Counted from the first letter of the stretch, positions 13,761 through 26,359 are shown. The stretch is DNA of 64,000 nucleotides from Chiloscyllium plagiosum (GCF_004010195.1 NC_057750.1:4392246-4456245), one strand, 5' to 3'. Numbers and translations: made by a program. The notes: generated by a model not told the origin, from the letters alone.

Positions 13761-14068
13761 TGAGGAGGCAACTCTCCATCCAAAGAGTTTCCACCTGGAG
13801 AAAAAGGGGAGTGGGGGGCAAAAAAAAAGAGAAAATTTAATAGAACAAAACTGAAAAAAACAGAAATAATGCAACCTGCATAAGAAAAAAAAATTGCACC
13901 ATTAATACAGGGGTGCAGAAAATTATTGAATGTAATGCACTTGGCATCTATTGCAAAACCTCTCCTGGATTGCATGCAAGTTTTTTTTCATATAAGAGGG
14001 CTGCCAAATGCAAGAAAGGTCTGGGGAAATTGCAAAAATGCAAGGCAGAAATTTTTGCAGATACTCAC

Positions 14069-14100
14069 GATTTTAAAGGATTCTGAATGACTGTCGCCAT
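14069..14100 (-). CDS. DPF1: First coding exon of a d4-family PHD zinc-finger BAF subunit (DPF1/neuro-d4-like; DPF3 is the alternative)
   Basis: Reverse strand reads CAAA-ATG GCG ACA GTC ATT CAG AAT CCT TTA AAA TC|GTGAGT = MATVIQNPLKS: 32 coding nt, then a consensus donor. Matches recalled d4-family N-termini (non-mammalian DPF1 ~MATxIQNPLKSLGEDFY; DPF3 MATVIHNPLKALGDQFY). Exon 2 was not found in 1-14068, so it probably lies left of the window. Confidence 0.8.
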
Positions 14101-14159
14101 TTTGATACAATAAAATACAGTAGGATCACAATTGTGGTTTTAACATTTCATTTGGACCA

Positions 14160-14450
14160 TTCACAATATGGAACAGGGCTGCGGCCAGGAAACAGCCAAT
14201 CAGCAGCCCCCTGGTGCCTGGGGAGAGACGTCACCTGTGTGGAAGGGGGCGTGTCCGCGCCTGCGCCCCAGCTCCGGGGAGAGATTGGGGAAATGGGGGG
14301 GGGGTTTCCCAGTGTCTGCTGGGAATTGTAGTCCATCTCCCCCCCCTTTCCTCCTCCACTCTGAGACAATCTGTGCCAACTGGGAGTTGTAGTGCTCTCT
14401 GCTCTTGCGTTCCCTTTCCCCTGGGAATGGTAATGTCCACTGACTACAAA
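14160..14450. promoter_or_regulatory. Probable bidirectional promoter between the DPF1-like and ZFYVE1-like genes
   Basis: CCAAT 14196-14200; CTCF-like CAGCAGCCCCCTGGTGCC 14201-14218; CRE-like GACGTCAC 14227-14234; KLF/SP GGGGGCGTG ~14245; NRF1-like GCGCCTGCGC 14257-14266; ZNF143/SBS motifs CTGGGAATTGTAGT 14319-14332 and CTGGGAGTTGTAGT 14380-14393. Lies directly upstream of the DPF ATG. Confidence 0.7.
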
Positions 14451-14452
14451 GA

Positions 14453-14925
14453 GGGAAACCTCAGGGATTTAGCTGTATTAGAGAGAGGGTGCAGAGAATT
14501 GTCACCTAGGTACAATAAGGGAAACCTCAAGGATTTAATTGCACTTTACAGAGAGGGTGCAGGGGAAATTCATCTAATTAGGATGAGAGAAACCTTAGGG
14601 ATTTGATTGCACTGTAGAGAGAGAGGGTGCAGGGGAAATTCATCTAGCTAGAATGAGAGAAACCTCAGGGATTTGATTGCACTGTAGAGAGAGAGAGGGT
14701 GCAGGGGAAATTCATCCAGTTAGAATGAGAGAAACCTCAGGGATTTGATTGCACTGTAGAGAGAGAGGGTGCAGGGGAAATTCATCTAATTAGGATGAGA
14801 GAAACCTTAGGGATTTGATTGCACTGTAGAGAGAGGGTGCAGGGGAAATTCATCTAGTTAGAATGAGAGAAACCGCAGGGATTTGATTGCACTGTAGATA
14901 AAGAGAAGGGGTGCAGAGGAAATTC
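14453..14925 (+). repeat. ~70-bp minisatellite, ~7 copies
   Basis: Unit GAGAAACCTCAGGGATTTGATTGCACTGTA(GA)nGGGTGCAGGGGAAATTCATCTAGTTAGAAT. Confidence 0.9.
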
Positions 14926-16480
14926 ACAGGGATGTTCAGCTGGGGCTGGAGTGATTCAGCTATGAAGAGAGGGTGCAGAGGTTGGGGTTAATCTTATAGC
15001 GAAAGGATTGGATTAATAACGGTGTACCAAGATCTGAGGAACATAGCCAGACAGAAATGTTCCCTTGAGTGAAGAAGGTCACTAACCATGATCACAGTTT
15101 TAAGACAAGGAGCAGCGTGTTCAGAGGGGATTTGAGGAAGATCTTTTTTCCCCCAGAGGGTGGTAGGTATGTCTGAAAGGGTGGGGCCTGGGGTGGCAGG
15201 AGCTCTCACGATATTTGGAAACTTTTCAGATGTGCACTTGAAGGGCTAAAGCACACAGGGCTATGGGCTGAGACCTGGAAATCAGGGATCAGAATAGATG
15301 GATGTTTGGTGACCAGCACAGAGACGATGGGCCAAAGGGTCTCCTTCTATGCTGTAAGAACTCTATGACTCACTCAGAGGACCAACTCCTCAATCACAAT
15401 CTGACTGTACCAGTGCAGTGTGAGCTCCCCCCAAATTTGCTGGCTTTTAATTTTTGAATGGGCAGTGCTGATGTTTGCAGGCAATTAACCCCAGAAATTT
15501 CTTTTTCAGTTTTGGCTGGATGTAATGGATGGTGCATGGGGGGGGGGGTTAAAGTCACTTGGCATGCAATGCACTCACACACACCCCCTCCCATGGAAGG
15601 GATGTTTTCAGTGCTCATTCCACTCTTGTTCCAAGTTGATGTCCCAGTGCTATACTGTTGGAACTGCTTCCAATGAGATCTTGAAACTGTGAATTTCCAA
15701 ACCCCTGCCCACCCACTATCAACACCACCCTCAACCCTGTGCCCTGTCAGCTTAATGTTAATAAATCAACTCAAAGCATCTATTTTGAAAGCAAGGGGGA
15801 GGGGCAGATGGGGGGGGAGGGGCAGATGGGGGGGGAGGGGAGTCATTAGGCGAAAGTGAGGCCTGCAGATGCTGGAGATCAGAGTCCAAATGAGAGTGGT
15901 GCTGGAAAAGCACAGCAAGTCAGGCAGCATCCGAGAAGCTGGAAAATCGACGTTTCAGGCAAAAGCTGGAATGAGGCTGGTGTGGGGTCATTAATCCCCC
16001 CCTCCCCGGGGGCCAATCAACATCGCTCAATCGGCCTCACAAACACAGATCATTGCGCCAGCATGTGTGGGATCTTGCTGTGTGTTTAATACACAGTGCA
16101 GGGGGACCTTCCCAGATTTACCGCCCTCTCCCTAATTGCCCTCGAAGTGGGGTCAGGGAGTGTGGGTGTGTGGAGGTGTGTGTGTGTGGGTGTGTGGAGG
16201 TGTGTGTGTGTGTGTGTGGGTGTGGGTGTGGGGTTCCTAACTGCTGGTCAAGTAACATCCTGATTTGGAAATTGTCAGCAAGGATTCCAAGTTCCCCTTC
16301 CCCACTATCTCTGTGACCCCCCTCCAGACCCACAAGTCTGCGATCTTAGAATCCCTGCAATGTTGAAGCCCCAGACCATTCAGCCCATCAGGTCACACCG
16401 CCCCTCTGAAGACGGTCCCACCCGATCCCTGTAATCCTGCACCCCCCATGGCTAACCCACCCAGCCTGCACATCCCTGGA

Positions 16481-16980
16481 NNNNNNNNNNNNNNNNNNNN
16501 NNNNNNNNNNNNNNNNNNNNNNNNNNNNNNNNNNNNNNNNNNNNNNNNNNNNNNNNNNNNNNNNNNNNNNNNNNNNNNNNNNNNNNNNNNNNNNNNNNNN
16601 NNNNNNNNNNNNNNNNNNNNNNNNNNNNNNNNNNNNNNNNNNNNNNNNNNNNNNNNNNNNNNNNNNNNNNNNNNNNNNNNNNNNNNNNNNNNNNNNNNNN
16701 NNNNNNNNNNNNNNNNNNNNNNNNNNNNNNNNNNNNNNNNNNNNNNNNNNNNNNNNNNNNNNNNNNNNNNNNNNNNNNNNNNNNNNNNNNNNNNNNNNNN
16801 NNNNNNNNNNNNNNNNNNNNNNNNNNNNNNNNNNNNNNNNNNNNNNNNNNNNNNNNNNNNNNNNNNNNNNNNNNNNNNNNNNNNNNNNNNNNNNNNNNNN
16901 NNNNNNNNNNNNNNNNNNNNNNNNNNNNNNNNNNNNNNNNNNNNNNNNNNNNNNNNNNNNNNNNNNNNNNNNNNNNNNNN
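16481..16980. other. Assembly gap (500 N); other gaps at ~11896-11966 and ~36353-36506
   Basis: Runs of N. Confidence 0.99.
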
Positions 16981-18187
16981 ATTACTGACAAGTCAGCCTG
17001 TGGCCTAGTGGAAAACATTACCACCTCAGAGTCAGAGGTTGTGGCTTCAGATCATGTGCTGAATGTAGACTGACTCCAAAGAGTTGTGTGGGGGGGGGGG
17101 GGGAAGGAGGGTTGATTCTTCTGGAGCCCTCACTGTGAGGGGGGCTTTGGGGAGTCACTTGTAAAAGGGAGTGCGTGCAGTTCCCTAAAATCGGGATGAG
17201 GAGAAACAGCATCCTGCCTCGAGTGATCCAGGATAACTGCAAACGTCCCGACAGACTGCATTTACGTAGCACCCTCTGAGGATGTCCCAAAGTGTACGAA
17301 GTTCTGAGGGGTGTAGACGGAGAGAAACCTTCCCCCTCCCAGCAGAGGGGTCAACACTTTTAAAGTAAGGGGCAGGAGCTGATGTGAGGAAACATGCTTT
17401 CACCTGGAAGTGTATGGGTCTCTGAAAGTCGCTGCCTGAAAGGGTGTAGGGGCAACAGCCTCAGTGGAGTGTTAATCCAGCGCTCCGGGTAGAGATCTGG
17501 GGACCTGGTTTCAAATCCCATCGCAGCAATTACCAGCAAATATCTGGAAATGATGAGCCTAATGATGGCCATTGTTGGAAAAACTCATCTGGCCCTTCAG
17601 GGAAGGAAACCTTCATCCTTACCTGGTTTGGCCTACACGTGACTCCAGACCCACAGCAATGGGGTTCTCTCTTATTCCCTTTTGGGGCAGGCACTAAACG
17701 CTGGCCTAGCCAGGGATACCACTTTCCGTGAGGCAGGAATCGGTGACGTTTTTCGATGTGCGTTGGAAATGCCTCAGCAAGACAGGGCTACAGGCAAGGG
17801 CTGGAAAATGGAGTCACGATACTTGGGCCGAAGGGCCTCTTCCTATGCTGCAAAAACTTGATGATTCGAAGTGATTCGTTGTAGCCACAGTTGGAGTGTC
17901 AGAAAAGTAAGCTCCTGTGGATATAATTGCAGGTTACCCTTGACATTTCCCTGCAGAGCAGCAGTAACTGCTTCTCAATAATAACTTCATCACATCTAAC
18001 TTGATGTGGACTGGATTATCACAAATAAACACCCCCACCCCTCCCATTCTGGGGAGTACAGGGGTGATGAAGGTAACAGTTCCTCTCTGTCAAGAAACCA
18101 CTGCCATTGCTCGCAGGCCTCTCCAGGACGGAAGGAATTAAAGTCTGAGAGCTCTGACACTGTAAGAGTGCATCCAGGGAGGGGTTT

Positions 18188-18527
18188 CATAGAATCCCTA
18201 CAGTGTGGAAGCAGGCCATTCAGCCCATCCTGTCCATACTGACCCTCTGACAAGTATCCCACCCAATCCCCGTAACCCTGCATTTCCCATGGCTAATGCA
18301 CCAAACCTACACATCCCTGGACTCTGTGTGGGGTAATTTTAGCACGGGTCAATCCACCCTAACCTGCACGTCTTTGGACTGTGGGAGGAAACTGGAGCAC
18401 CCAGAGGGGAAACCCACGCCAACACAGAGAGAATGTGCAAACACAAACAGTAACCCGAGGGTGGAATCGAACCTGGGTCCCTGGCGCTGTGAGGCAGCAG
18501 TGCTAACCACAGAGCCACCATGCCTTC
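18188..18527 (-). mobile_element. HE1-type SINE
   Basis: Reverse-complement copy of the same family. Confidence 0.8.
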
Positions 18528-19259
18528 CTGGGTTTTTCCTAACGACAAGTGAGATGTAACATTTCTCCCCTCTGCATCCTTTGAGCCCGGGGCATTATAA
18601 TGCATCGTTATTTAGTTATTTCACATGGGATGTGGGCATCACTGACAGCTTTGGCACATTATTGCTGATCCTGAGTTATCCCTCGAGGTGAGAGTGAGCT
18701 CTGAGAGCAACAGAGACGAACAGAGTGCAGGACGCTGCGATGTATTTCCGGCACTGGGCACAGCCCCTCTTGGGGGAGGGGTGGCACGATTCAGTTCCTG
18801 AAATTAATATGCTCCTGAATTAAAAGTGACCCTTCCTCACCAGCAACATGGATGCCCAGTGACACGGTAACACATCCTCAGCAACATGGGAATCATGCCC
18901 GTTTCGGCAGCATATGTTGGGGGAAGTCAGGCATGATGTGAGTCACTGCAAGTGCAGCCCTATTGTGTAAGTAATCCTGCTCTTGTCAGCACATCCTTGG
19001 GCTCCGACACTAATTGGTCCAGGTGAGCGGTGGAGCTTGGCCATTCTTCATCCAGGTGCTTGGCACATCCCCACCTTGCAGGCCTCTGGTGGAACTGCTC
19101 CAGGGCCTGTTCATGCAGAGCAGGCTGGGACTGTGCCCAACGTCAGAGGCTCCAGCACAACACTCCTGTAGATTGTGTATACAATTACACAATCGAATGT
19201 CGACTTGCAGAGGAGTGACTCAAACTTGAAAATATTGATGCTTGTGATCTGAAGCTTGA

Positions 19260-19574
19260 CTAGATTAGATTTCCTACAGTGTGGAAACAGGCCCTTCGGC
19301 CCAACCAGTCCACACCGACCCTCCGAAGAGTAACCCACCCAGACCCATTTACCTCTGACTAATGCACCTAACACTATGGGCAATTTAGCATGGCCAATTC
19401 ACCTGACCTGCACATCTTTGGAGTGTGGGAGGAAACCGGAGCACCCAGAGGAAACCCACGCAGACACGGGGAGAATATGCAAACTCCACACAGACAGTCG
19501 CCTGAGGTTGGAATCGAACTTGGGACCCTGGTGCTGTGAGGCAGCAGTGCTAACCACTGAGCCACAGTGCCACC
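19260..19574 (-). mobile_element. HE1-type SINE
   Basis: Full-length reverse copy. Confidence 0.85.
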
Positions 19575-20231
19575 TCTTCCAGGGCTTCCCACACTCTGGG
19601 ACAATTTCCCTCAGACAGGAAACACGATGATATTGTGGGGCTGCTGTAGCATGGGGACTGAATAGGAACAGCTGCAGGATCTGTTTCAAGTCTCTCCGCT
19701 TTCTTTCTCTCGTGGTGGACATCAGCCAAAGGAAAGACATTTGAGGTCTGATTTTATTTTTATTCTAAATTTTTTCCTGGGATGAGGGTATTGCTGGCTG
19801 GGCCAGACTTTATTGCCTATCCCTAATTGCCCTGAGGGCAGTTAAGAGTCAACTCCGTCACATGTAGGCCCAGACCAGGTTAAAACAACAGGTATCCCTC
19901 GCGAAAGGGCCTTAGTGAACTCGATGAGTTTTTATGGCAGTTGATGAGATTTGTTTTGAATTTCAGATTTATTCAATTTATGATTTAAGAAGCTGCCCTG
20001 GTGGAATTTGAACCCATTTCCCCAGACCATTAGGAACACGTTACTGCAGATCAGGCAGCATCCACGGAGAGCTCTGATGAAGAATCATCTAGACTCGAAA
20101 TGTTAGCTTGCCTTCTCTCCAAGGATGCTGCCTGACCCACAGTGATCTCCAGGGTTGTTTTTTTGGTGTGCCCCCCCCGACCATTAGCCTGGAGTTAATA
20201 GCCAAATCTTGAAAGTGGAGTTGCAGGTAGA

Positions 20232-20512
20232 CAGCCCAATGAGTCCAGATAAACCCTCCGAAGAGTAACCCATCCAGACCCATTCCCCTACATTTACCCC
20301 TGACTAATGCACCTAACACTGTGGGCAATTTCCCATTGCCAATCCACCCTGACCTGCACATCTTTGTGACTGTGGAGGAAACCGGAGCAAACCCACACAG
20401 ACACTGGGAGAATGTGCAAACTCCACACAGTCAGTCGCCTGAGGTTGGAATCGAACCCAGGTCTCTGGCGCTGTGAGGCAGCAGTGCGAACCACTGAGCC
20501 ATCGTGCCACCC
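20232..20512 (-). mobile_element. HE1-type SINE inserted into a CR1 fragment
   Basis: Interrupts the LINE sequence GCAGGTAGA...ATAGGATAGTGAAG. Confidence 0.8.
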
Positions 20513-21203
20513 CAATAGGATAGTGAAGAAGGCCTTTGGTATGCTTTCCTTTATTGGTCAGAGCGTTGAGTACAGGAGCTGGGAGGTCATGTTGTAGATG
20601 TACAGGATATTGGTTAAGCCACTGTTGGAGTATTGCTTGCAATTCTGGTCCCCTTCCTATCGGAAGGATGTTGTGAAACTTGAAAGGGTTCAGAAAAGAT
20701 TTACAAGGATGTTGCCAGGGTTGGAGGGTTTGACCTACAGGGACTGGGGCTGTTTTCACTGGAGCATCGGAGGCTGAGGGGTGACCTTATAGAGGTTTAC
20801 AAAATCATGAGGGGCATGGATAGGATAAATAGGCAAAGTCTTTTCCCTGGGGTGGGGGAGTCCAGAACTAGAGGGCATAGGTTTAGGGTGAGAGGGGAAA
20901 GATATAAAAGAGACCTAAGGGTCAACTTTTTCACGCAGAGGGTGGTACAGGTATGGAATGAGCTTCCAGAGGAAGTGCTGGTACAATTGCAACATTTAAA
21001 AGGCATCTGGATGGGTATATGGATAAGAAGGATTTGGAGGGATATGGGCCGGGTGCTGACAGGTGGGACTAGATTGGGTTGGGATATCTGTTCGGCATGA
21101 CAGGTGGGACTAGATTGGGTTGGGATATCTGTTCGGCATGGATGGGTTGAACCAAAGGGTCTGTTTCCGTGCTGTACATCTCTATGACTCTATGATTCTA
21201 TGA
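20513..21203 (+). mobile_element. CR1/HER1-type LINE 3' fragment
   Basis: RIVKKAFGMLSFIGQ...RGHRFRVRGERYKRDLR; ends CTATGACTCTATGATTCTATGA. Further fragments ~22550-23070(-), 28015-28380(+), 29870-30060(-), 30730-31035(+), 33000-33990(-), 34310-34720(+), 37060-37350(+), 38190-39430(-), 40720-40990(+), 52135-52680(+), 59110-59760. Confidence 0.88.
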
Positions 21204-23424
21204 TACTTTTTGACACCTTACCTGATTTTTTTTTTAAAAAAAGGCTTCTGGAAGTGAGGGTATTTCAAAAGAAAGTTCTTCAGTTTAAACAAAGCTGTTT
21301 GTTTGATAGAAACCACATTGACAAACATCCCCTCCCTCCATCCAGTAGCAGTGTGTACCATCTACAAGACAGACTGCCAAAATTCACCCGAGATCCTCAG
21401 ACAGTATCTCCCAAACAGACAACCACCAACCCCCACCCCCCAAAGAAAGCCAACCCCAACTCTCTCCCAAATGTTTGCTCTCGGATTGTGTGAGGTCCAG
21501 GGCATTAAGACAACGATTCCACCCTCTGGCCACTGTCTGTGTGGAATTTGCACATTCTCCCCGTGTCTGCGTGGGTTTCCTCCGGGTGCTCCAGTTTCCT
21601 CCCACAGTCCAAAGATGTGCAGGTCAGGGTGAATTGGCCATTCTAAATTGCCCGTAGTGTTAGATGCATTAGTCAGGGGTAAACAGGTCTGAGTGGGTTA
21701 CTCTTTGGAGGGTCGGTGTGGACTTGTTGGGCCGAAGGGCCTGTTTCCACACTGTAGGAAATCTAAAGGAGATAAGAACAGGAGGAGGCCATTCAGCCTC
21801 TCTAAGCTCTTCACTAATGACTGATCTGTGACCTACCTCCATGCCAACCATTTTTTACCTCCTACCCCTAAATACCTTTTGGTTATCAAAAATCTATCGA
21901 TCTCGGGTTTAAAATGAACGATTGATTGAAAGTTGATTTATTATTTACTGAGGAGCGTTTTAAACCTCTCCCACCCTCTAAGTCAAAGTATTTTCTAATT
22001 TCACTCCTGAAAGATCTGGCTCTTTTGTTTTTTGGATATAATAAAAGCAGAAATTGCTGGAGAAATTCAGCAGGTCTGGCAGCATGTGTGGAGAGAAAGA
22101 AGCAGACCCTCAAGTCTGGTATCACCCTTCTTCATTTTTAAACACTGCTCTTCCACTTCCCCAAGACCAGCAGGAATGCCCTGTCTCTCGCTCTGTCTCT
22201 CGCTCTGTCTCTCGCTCTGTCTCTCGCTCTGTCTCTCGCTCTGTCACACACACACTGTTTTTGTTTAATCATCCTCATTGATTAACTCTGCTGACCACAC
22301 AGTCCCTGATTACAGTCTCATTTCTGAACTGCTGAGATAGCTTTTTCGAGTGGGGAACCCCTCTATCTGAAAACACTACATTGGTCTCTCACTTGGCCGT
22401 CATACCAGATAACTGTGATTGAGCTGGACTTGTGTTTGAAAACGTTCCAGACTTCAAATCTGTTTCAGTAACTTCTTAAAGGGCAGTGTGTGTGAAATGC
22501 AGCAGCCAATTTGCACCACATCATGATCAGTAGTGTCATGTTGATCCAGTAGGCCATTCAGCCCATCAATCTGGTTCTGCCATTCAGTGAGATCATGGTT
22601 GATCTGATAATCCTCAACTCCACTTTCCTGCCTTTTCCCTACAAACCCATGACTCCCTTCCTGGTCTCAGCCTCGGATATACATATTGACCCAGCCTCAA
22701 CAGCCCCTACTGGGAAGAATTTTGCACATTCATTACCCCCTGAGTAAAGAAATTGTTCCTGTGCTCTATCCTAAATGTTTAACCCCTTATTCTGAGATGA
22801 TTCCCTCTGGCCCTAGACTCTCCCACATGTGGAAACAATCTCTCCACATCTCCCCCGTCCTGTAAGATTCAATAAGATTGCTTCTCATTCTCTCCAATGA
22901 GAACAGGTCCAAACTACTCATCCTTTGTTCATCAGACCCTCCCTGCATACCCGGTATCAGCCAAGTGCACCTTCTCTGTACTGTCTCCAATGTCAGTGTA
23001 TCTTCCCTTAGATAAGGAGCCCACAGTTGCTCACAGTATTCCAGCTGTGGTCTGACTATTGCCTTGTATAGGCAAAAGTGAGGACTGCAGATGCTGGAAA
23101 TCAGAGTCTAGATTAGAATGGTGCTGGAAAAGCACAGCAGGTCAGGCAGCATCCGAGGAGCAGGAGATTCGGCGTTTCGGGCAAAAGCCCTTCATCGGGA
23201 CTGAAGCAGTTTTAACAAAACCTCACGACTTTTCTACTCCATTCACTTTGAACTACAGGCCAACAGCCCACTTGCCCATAACCTGCAGAGGTTAATGTTT
23301 TTGTGATTCATTGTCCTGAACAATGTTTAGTCTTTAAACCAACATGATTCAGAAAATCAAGGAGAAATTCGCCTTTGGGGGTATGTCCTGGGATTGTATA
23401 GGTCCACTGGAGAGGACAGAACGA

Positions 23425-23745
23425 GGGCGGCACGGTGGCTCAGTGGTTAGCACTGCTGCCTCCCAGCGTCAGGGACCCGAGATCGATTCCAGCCTCGGGC
23501 GACTGTCTGCGTGGAGTTTGCACATTCTTCCCGTGTCTGTGTGGGTTTCCTCCGGGTGCTCCGGTTTCCTCCCACAGTCCAAAGATGTGCAGGTTAGGAT
23601 GGATTGGCCGTGCTAAATTGCCCATAGTGTTAGGTGCATTAGTCAGGGGCAAATGAAGGGGAATGGGTCTGGATGGGTTACTCTTCGGAGGGTCACTGTG
23701 GACTTGTAGGGCCGATTGGCCTGTTTCCACACTGTCGGGATTCTA
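23425..23745 (+). mobile_element. HE1-type SINE
   Basis: Full-length forward copy; a 5'-decayed copy also lies at ~21495-21765. Confidence 0.85.
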
Positions 23746-24187
23746 AGAGGGTTTCTGATGAATGTTCCTCGCCACTGTGTTGGGAATGGTCTGCTGTGAT
23801 TTTATCATTATTAATTCGTGGGACGTGAGCACCAATAGCTGGGCCCAGCATTTATTGCCTGTCCCTGGTTGCCCCTTGAGAAGGTGGGGGTGAGCTGCCT
23901 ACTTGAACCGCTGCAGTCCGTGCAAACCCACAATGCCCTGAGGGAGGGAATTCTAGGATTCTGACCCAGTGACACTGAAGGAACAGCAATATATTTCCAC
24001 AGTCAGAGTGGTGAGTGGCTCGGAGGGGAGCTTGCAGGGGGTGATGTTCCCATGTGTCTGCTGCCCTTGTCCTTCTAGATGGAAGATTTGGAAGGTGCTG
24101 TTGAGGGATCTTTGGTGAATTTCTGCTGAGCATCGTGTAGATGGTACACATTGCTGAGCGTCAGTGATGGAGGGTGTGAATGTTTTA

Positions 24188-24500
24188 GGTTAGATTCGAT
24201 TCCCTACAGTTTGGAAACAGGCCCTTCGGCCCAACAAGTCCACAGTGACCCTCCGAAGAGTAACCCATCCAGACCCATTCCCCTACATTTGCCCCTGACT
24301 AATGCACCTAACACTATGGGCAATTTTAGCATGGCCACCATAACCTGCAATCTTAGGACTGTGGGAGGAAACCGGCGCACCTGGAGGAAACCCACACAGA
24401 CACGGGGATGTGCAAACTCCACACAGACAGTCACCCGAGGCTGGAATTGAACCCAGGTCCCTGGCACTGTGAGGCAGCAGTGCTAACCACTGTGCCGCCC
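24188..24500 (-). mobile_element. HE1-type SINE
   Basis: Reverse copy ending ~155 bp upstream of the NTPase exon. Confidence 0.85.
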
Positions 24501-24656
24501 ATAAATGTTGGTGAATGTGATGTCTATCAAGCAAATTGCTTTGTCTTGGTTGGTGTCATTGAGCATTGAAACAGACTCTTCGGCCCAACTCATCCATGCC
24601 ATCCATCTTGAGTGATGTTGCGTCTGACAGGATGTCATTGTGGAATTATTTAACAG

Positions 24657-25161
24657 GTGCCGGATGAGGAGAGTTTTGTGAAGAAACTGGGAGTGCCGGG
24701 AGACCAAGCCATCAAGGTCCTCTCCATCTTCGGCAACACGGGGGACGGGAAGTCTCACACCTTGAATGCCGCCTTCTTCGGCGGCCGGGAGGTGTTCCGC
24801 ACCTCGGACACCCAGGACTCGTGCACGGTGGGCGTGTGGGCGGCCTGTGAACCATCGCTGGACCTGGTCCTGCTGGACACCGAGGGCCTGCTGGGAGCCA
24901 CCAGTAAACAGGACCGCCGGAGGCGGCTGCTGCTGAAGGTGCTGGCCGTCTCTGACCTGGTAGTGTACAGGACGCGGGCTGAGCGGCTGCACAACGACCT
25001 CTTCCGTTTCCTGGGCAACGCCTCCCGGGCCTACCTCCGCCACTTCAGCCACGAGCTGCAGGCCGCAAGCCAGCGCCTCGGGCTCGGACTGCCGATGTCC
25101 AGTCTCGGACCCGCCCTCATCGTCTTCCAGGAGACCTCCAACACCAAGCTGCTGGGTGGCG
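24657..25161 (+). CDS. ZFYVE1: ZFYVE1/DFCP1-like, first identified coding exon (P-loop NTPase: GNTGDGKS, DTEG)
   Basis: Acceptor taacag|GTG, donor G|gtgagt, 505 nt. VPDEESFVKKL...KVLSIFGNTGDGKSHTLN...DTEGLLGAT...LLLKVLAVSDLVVYRT matches recalled DFCP1. Probably a paralog rather than the 1:1 ortholog. Confidence 0.95.
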
Positions 25162-26359
25162 GTGAGTGAGGGGTCTGGGGCATAGGTGGAGGGAGGGGCG
25201 CGGTGAGGGTTCTGCCTGAGTGGAGGGGGGGGGGAAGAGGGGGCAATACCTGATGGAGGAGGGGGGAGTAGGCATTGTCTAAGAGGGCCGTTGGCTCAGG
25301 AAGGGCATTGCCTGCAGGGAGTGGGGTGATGGGTTGAGGTGATAGGGGCACATTGCCTGAGGAGAGAGGGTGGTCATCGCCTGAGATGGGGGCTTGTTGG
25401 AAGAGTGAGAGCTGGGCTGGGTGGGGTGTGCGGTCGGAGGCTTGGCCACTGACCCCCAGCTGGTCAATTCGTTGGCAGTGGGGGAGGGGGTTGGGTGTTG
25501 TTCAACGTTAAGTCTGTTCCATCCTTAACATGCCCATAGCCTGCACTTCCCATCCCCCCCACCACAATCAATCCAACCTCGATAACCCCCAGTCCCCCCG
25601 CCACACCCACTTCACTCAATCCAATTGTGCCTGTTATCTCTAGTTTGTTGCTAACTCTCACTTTGTAGTTAATGTGAGAATTGCTCTCCCATAGTAAAGT
25701 TGCTGGGGACTGAAGACCAATCCCTGGGGCAATGCAGAGGGAGCTTCAGGGTCCCACTGAAGTGGAAGCGATGGCCTGGTGGCATTGTTGCTTGAATATT
25801 AATTCAGAGACCCAGATATTTTTCCAGAGACCCGAATCCTGCCAGGGGCAGCTGGTGAAATCTGAATGCGAATGAGTCTATTGAAACAATTGTCAATTGA
25901 TGTAAAATGGATCCCCTTTAGGGAAAAAAATCTTACCCAGTCTGGCCTACATCTGACTCCAGTCCTACAACCACCATGTGGTTGACTCTTAGCTGCATGG
26001 GATGGGCAATAAGTGTTGACCTTTCTATTGACCCCCAAACCCTGGGAACAGAAGTAAAACTAAATTCCGTTCTCTGAGACTAGCTTTCCATTCTGGATTT
26101 ATTAATTGCATTTAAATTCCATCAGATGCTGTTGAAACGGGTGTCCCCCAATAATCCACTGGTATTGTCAGTATAACAGCGTCTCCCCATAGGCCAGTCA
26201 CTGACTTGTTGAGAAAGCAACTCGCCATCATTTTCTTCAGGGATGGACGATCAATCGTGGTCTTGCCCGTGTCTCACGCATGGATGTTATTTCTTGATTG
26301 AAAAAAGCTGCAGGTTGCTTTTTGACGCAGAGCTTCTCTGTGCTGTGTTGACTTCCTAG

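Noticed and set aside
1..14068. DPF exon 2 (LGEDFYREAIEHCRSYN...)
   Set aside because: Searched by eye on the minus strand and not found; assumed to lie outside the window.
16448..17024. Long ORFs across N runs (also 36123-36767)
   Set aside because: Artefacts of assembly gaps.
23425..23500. tRNA-like sequences (GGTGGCTCAGTGGTTAGCAC...GATTCC)
   Set aside because: These are heads of HE1 SINEs that continue into SINE body and LINE-like tail; not tRNA genes.
24483..25052. 189-aa antisense ORF
   Set aside because: Shadow of the GC-rich ZFYVE1-like exon on the opposite strand.
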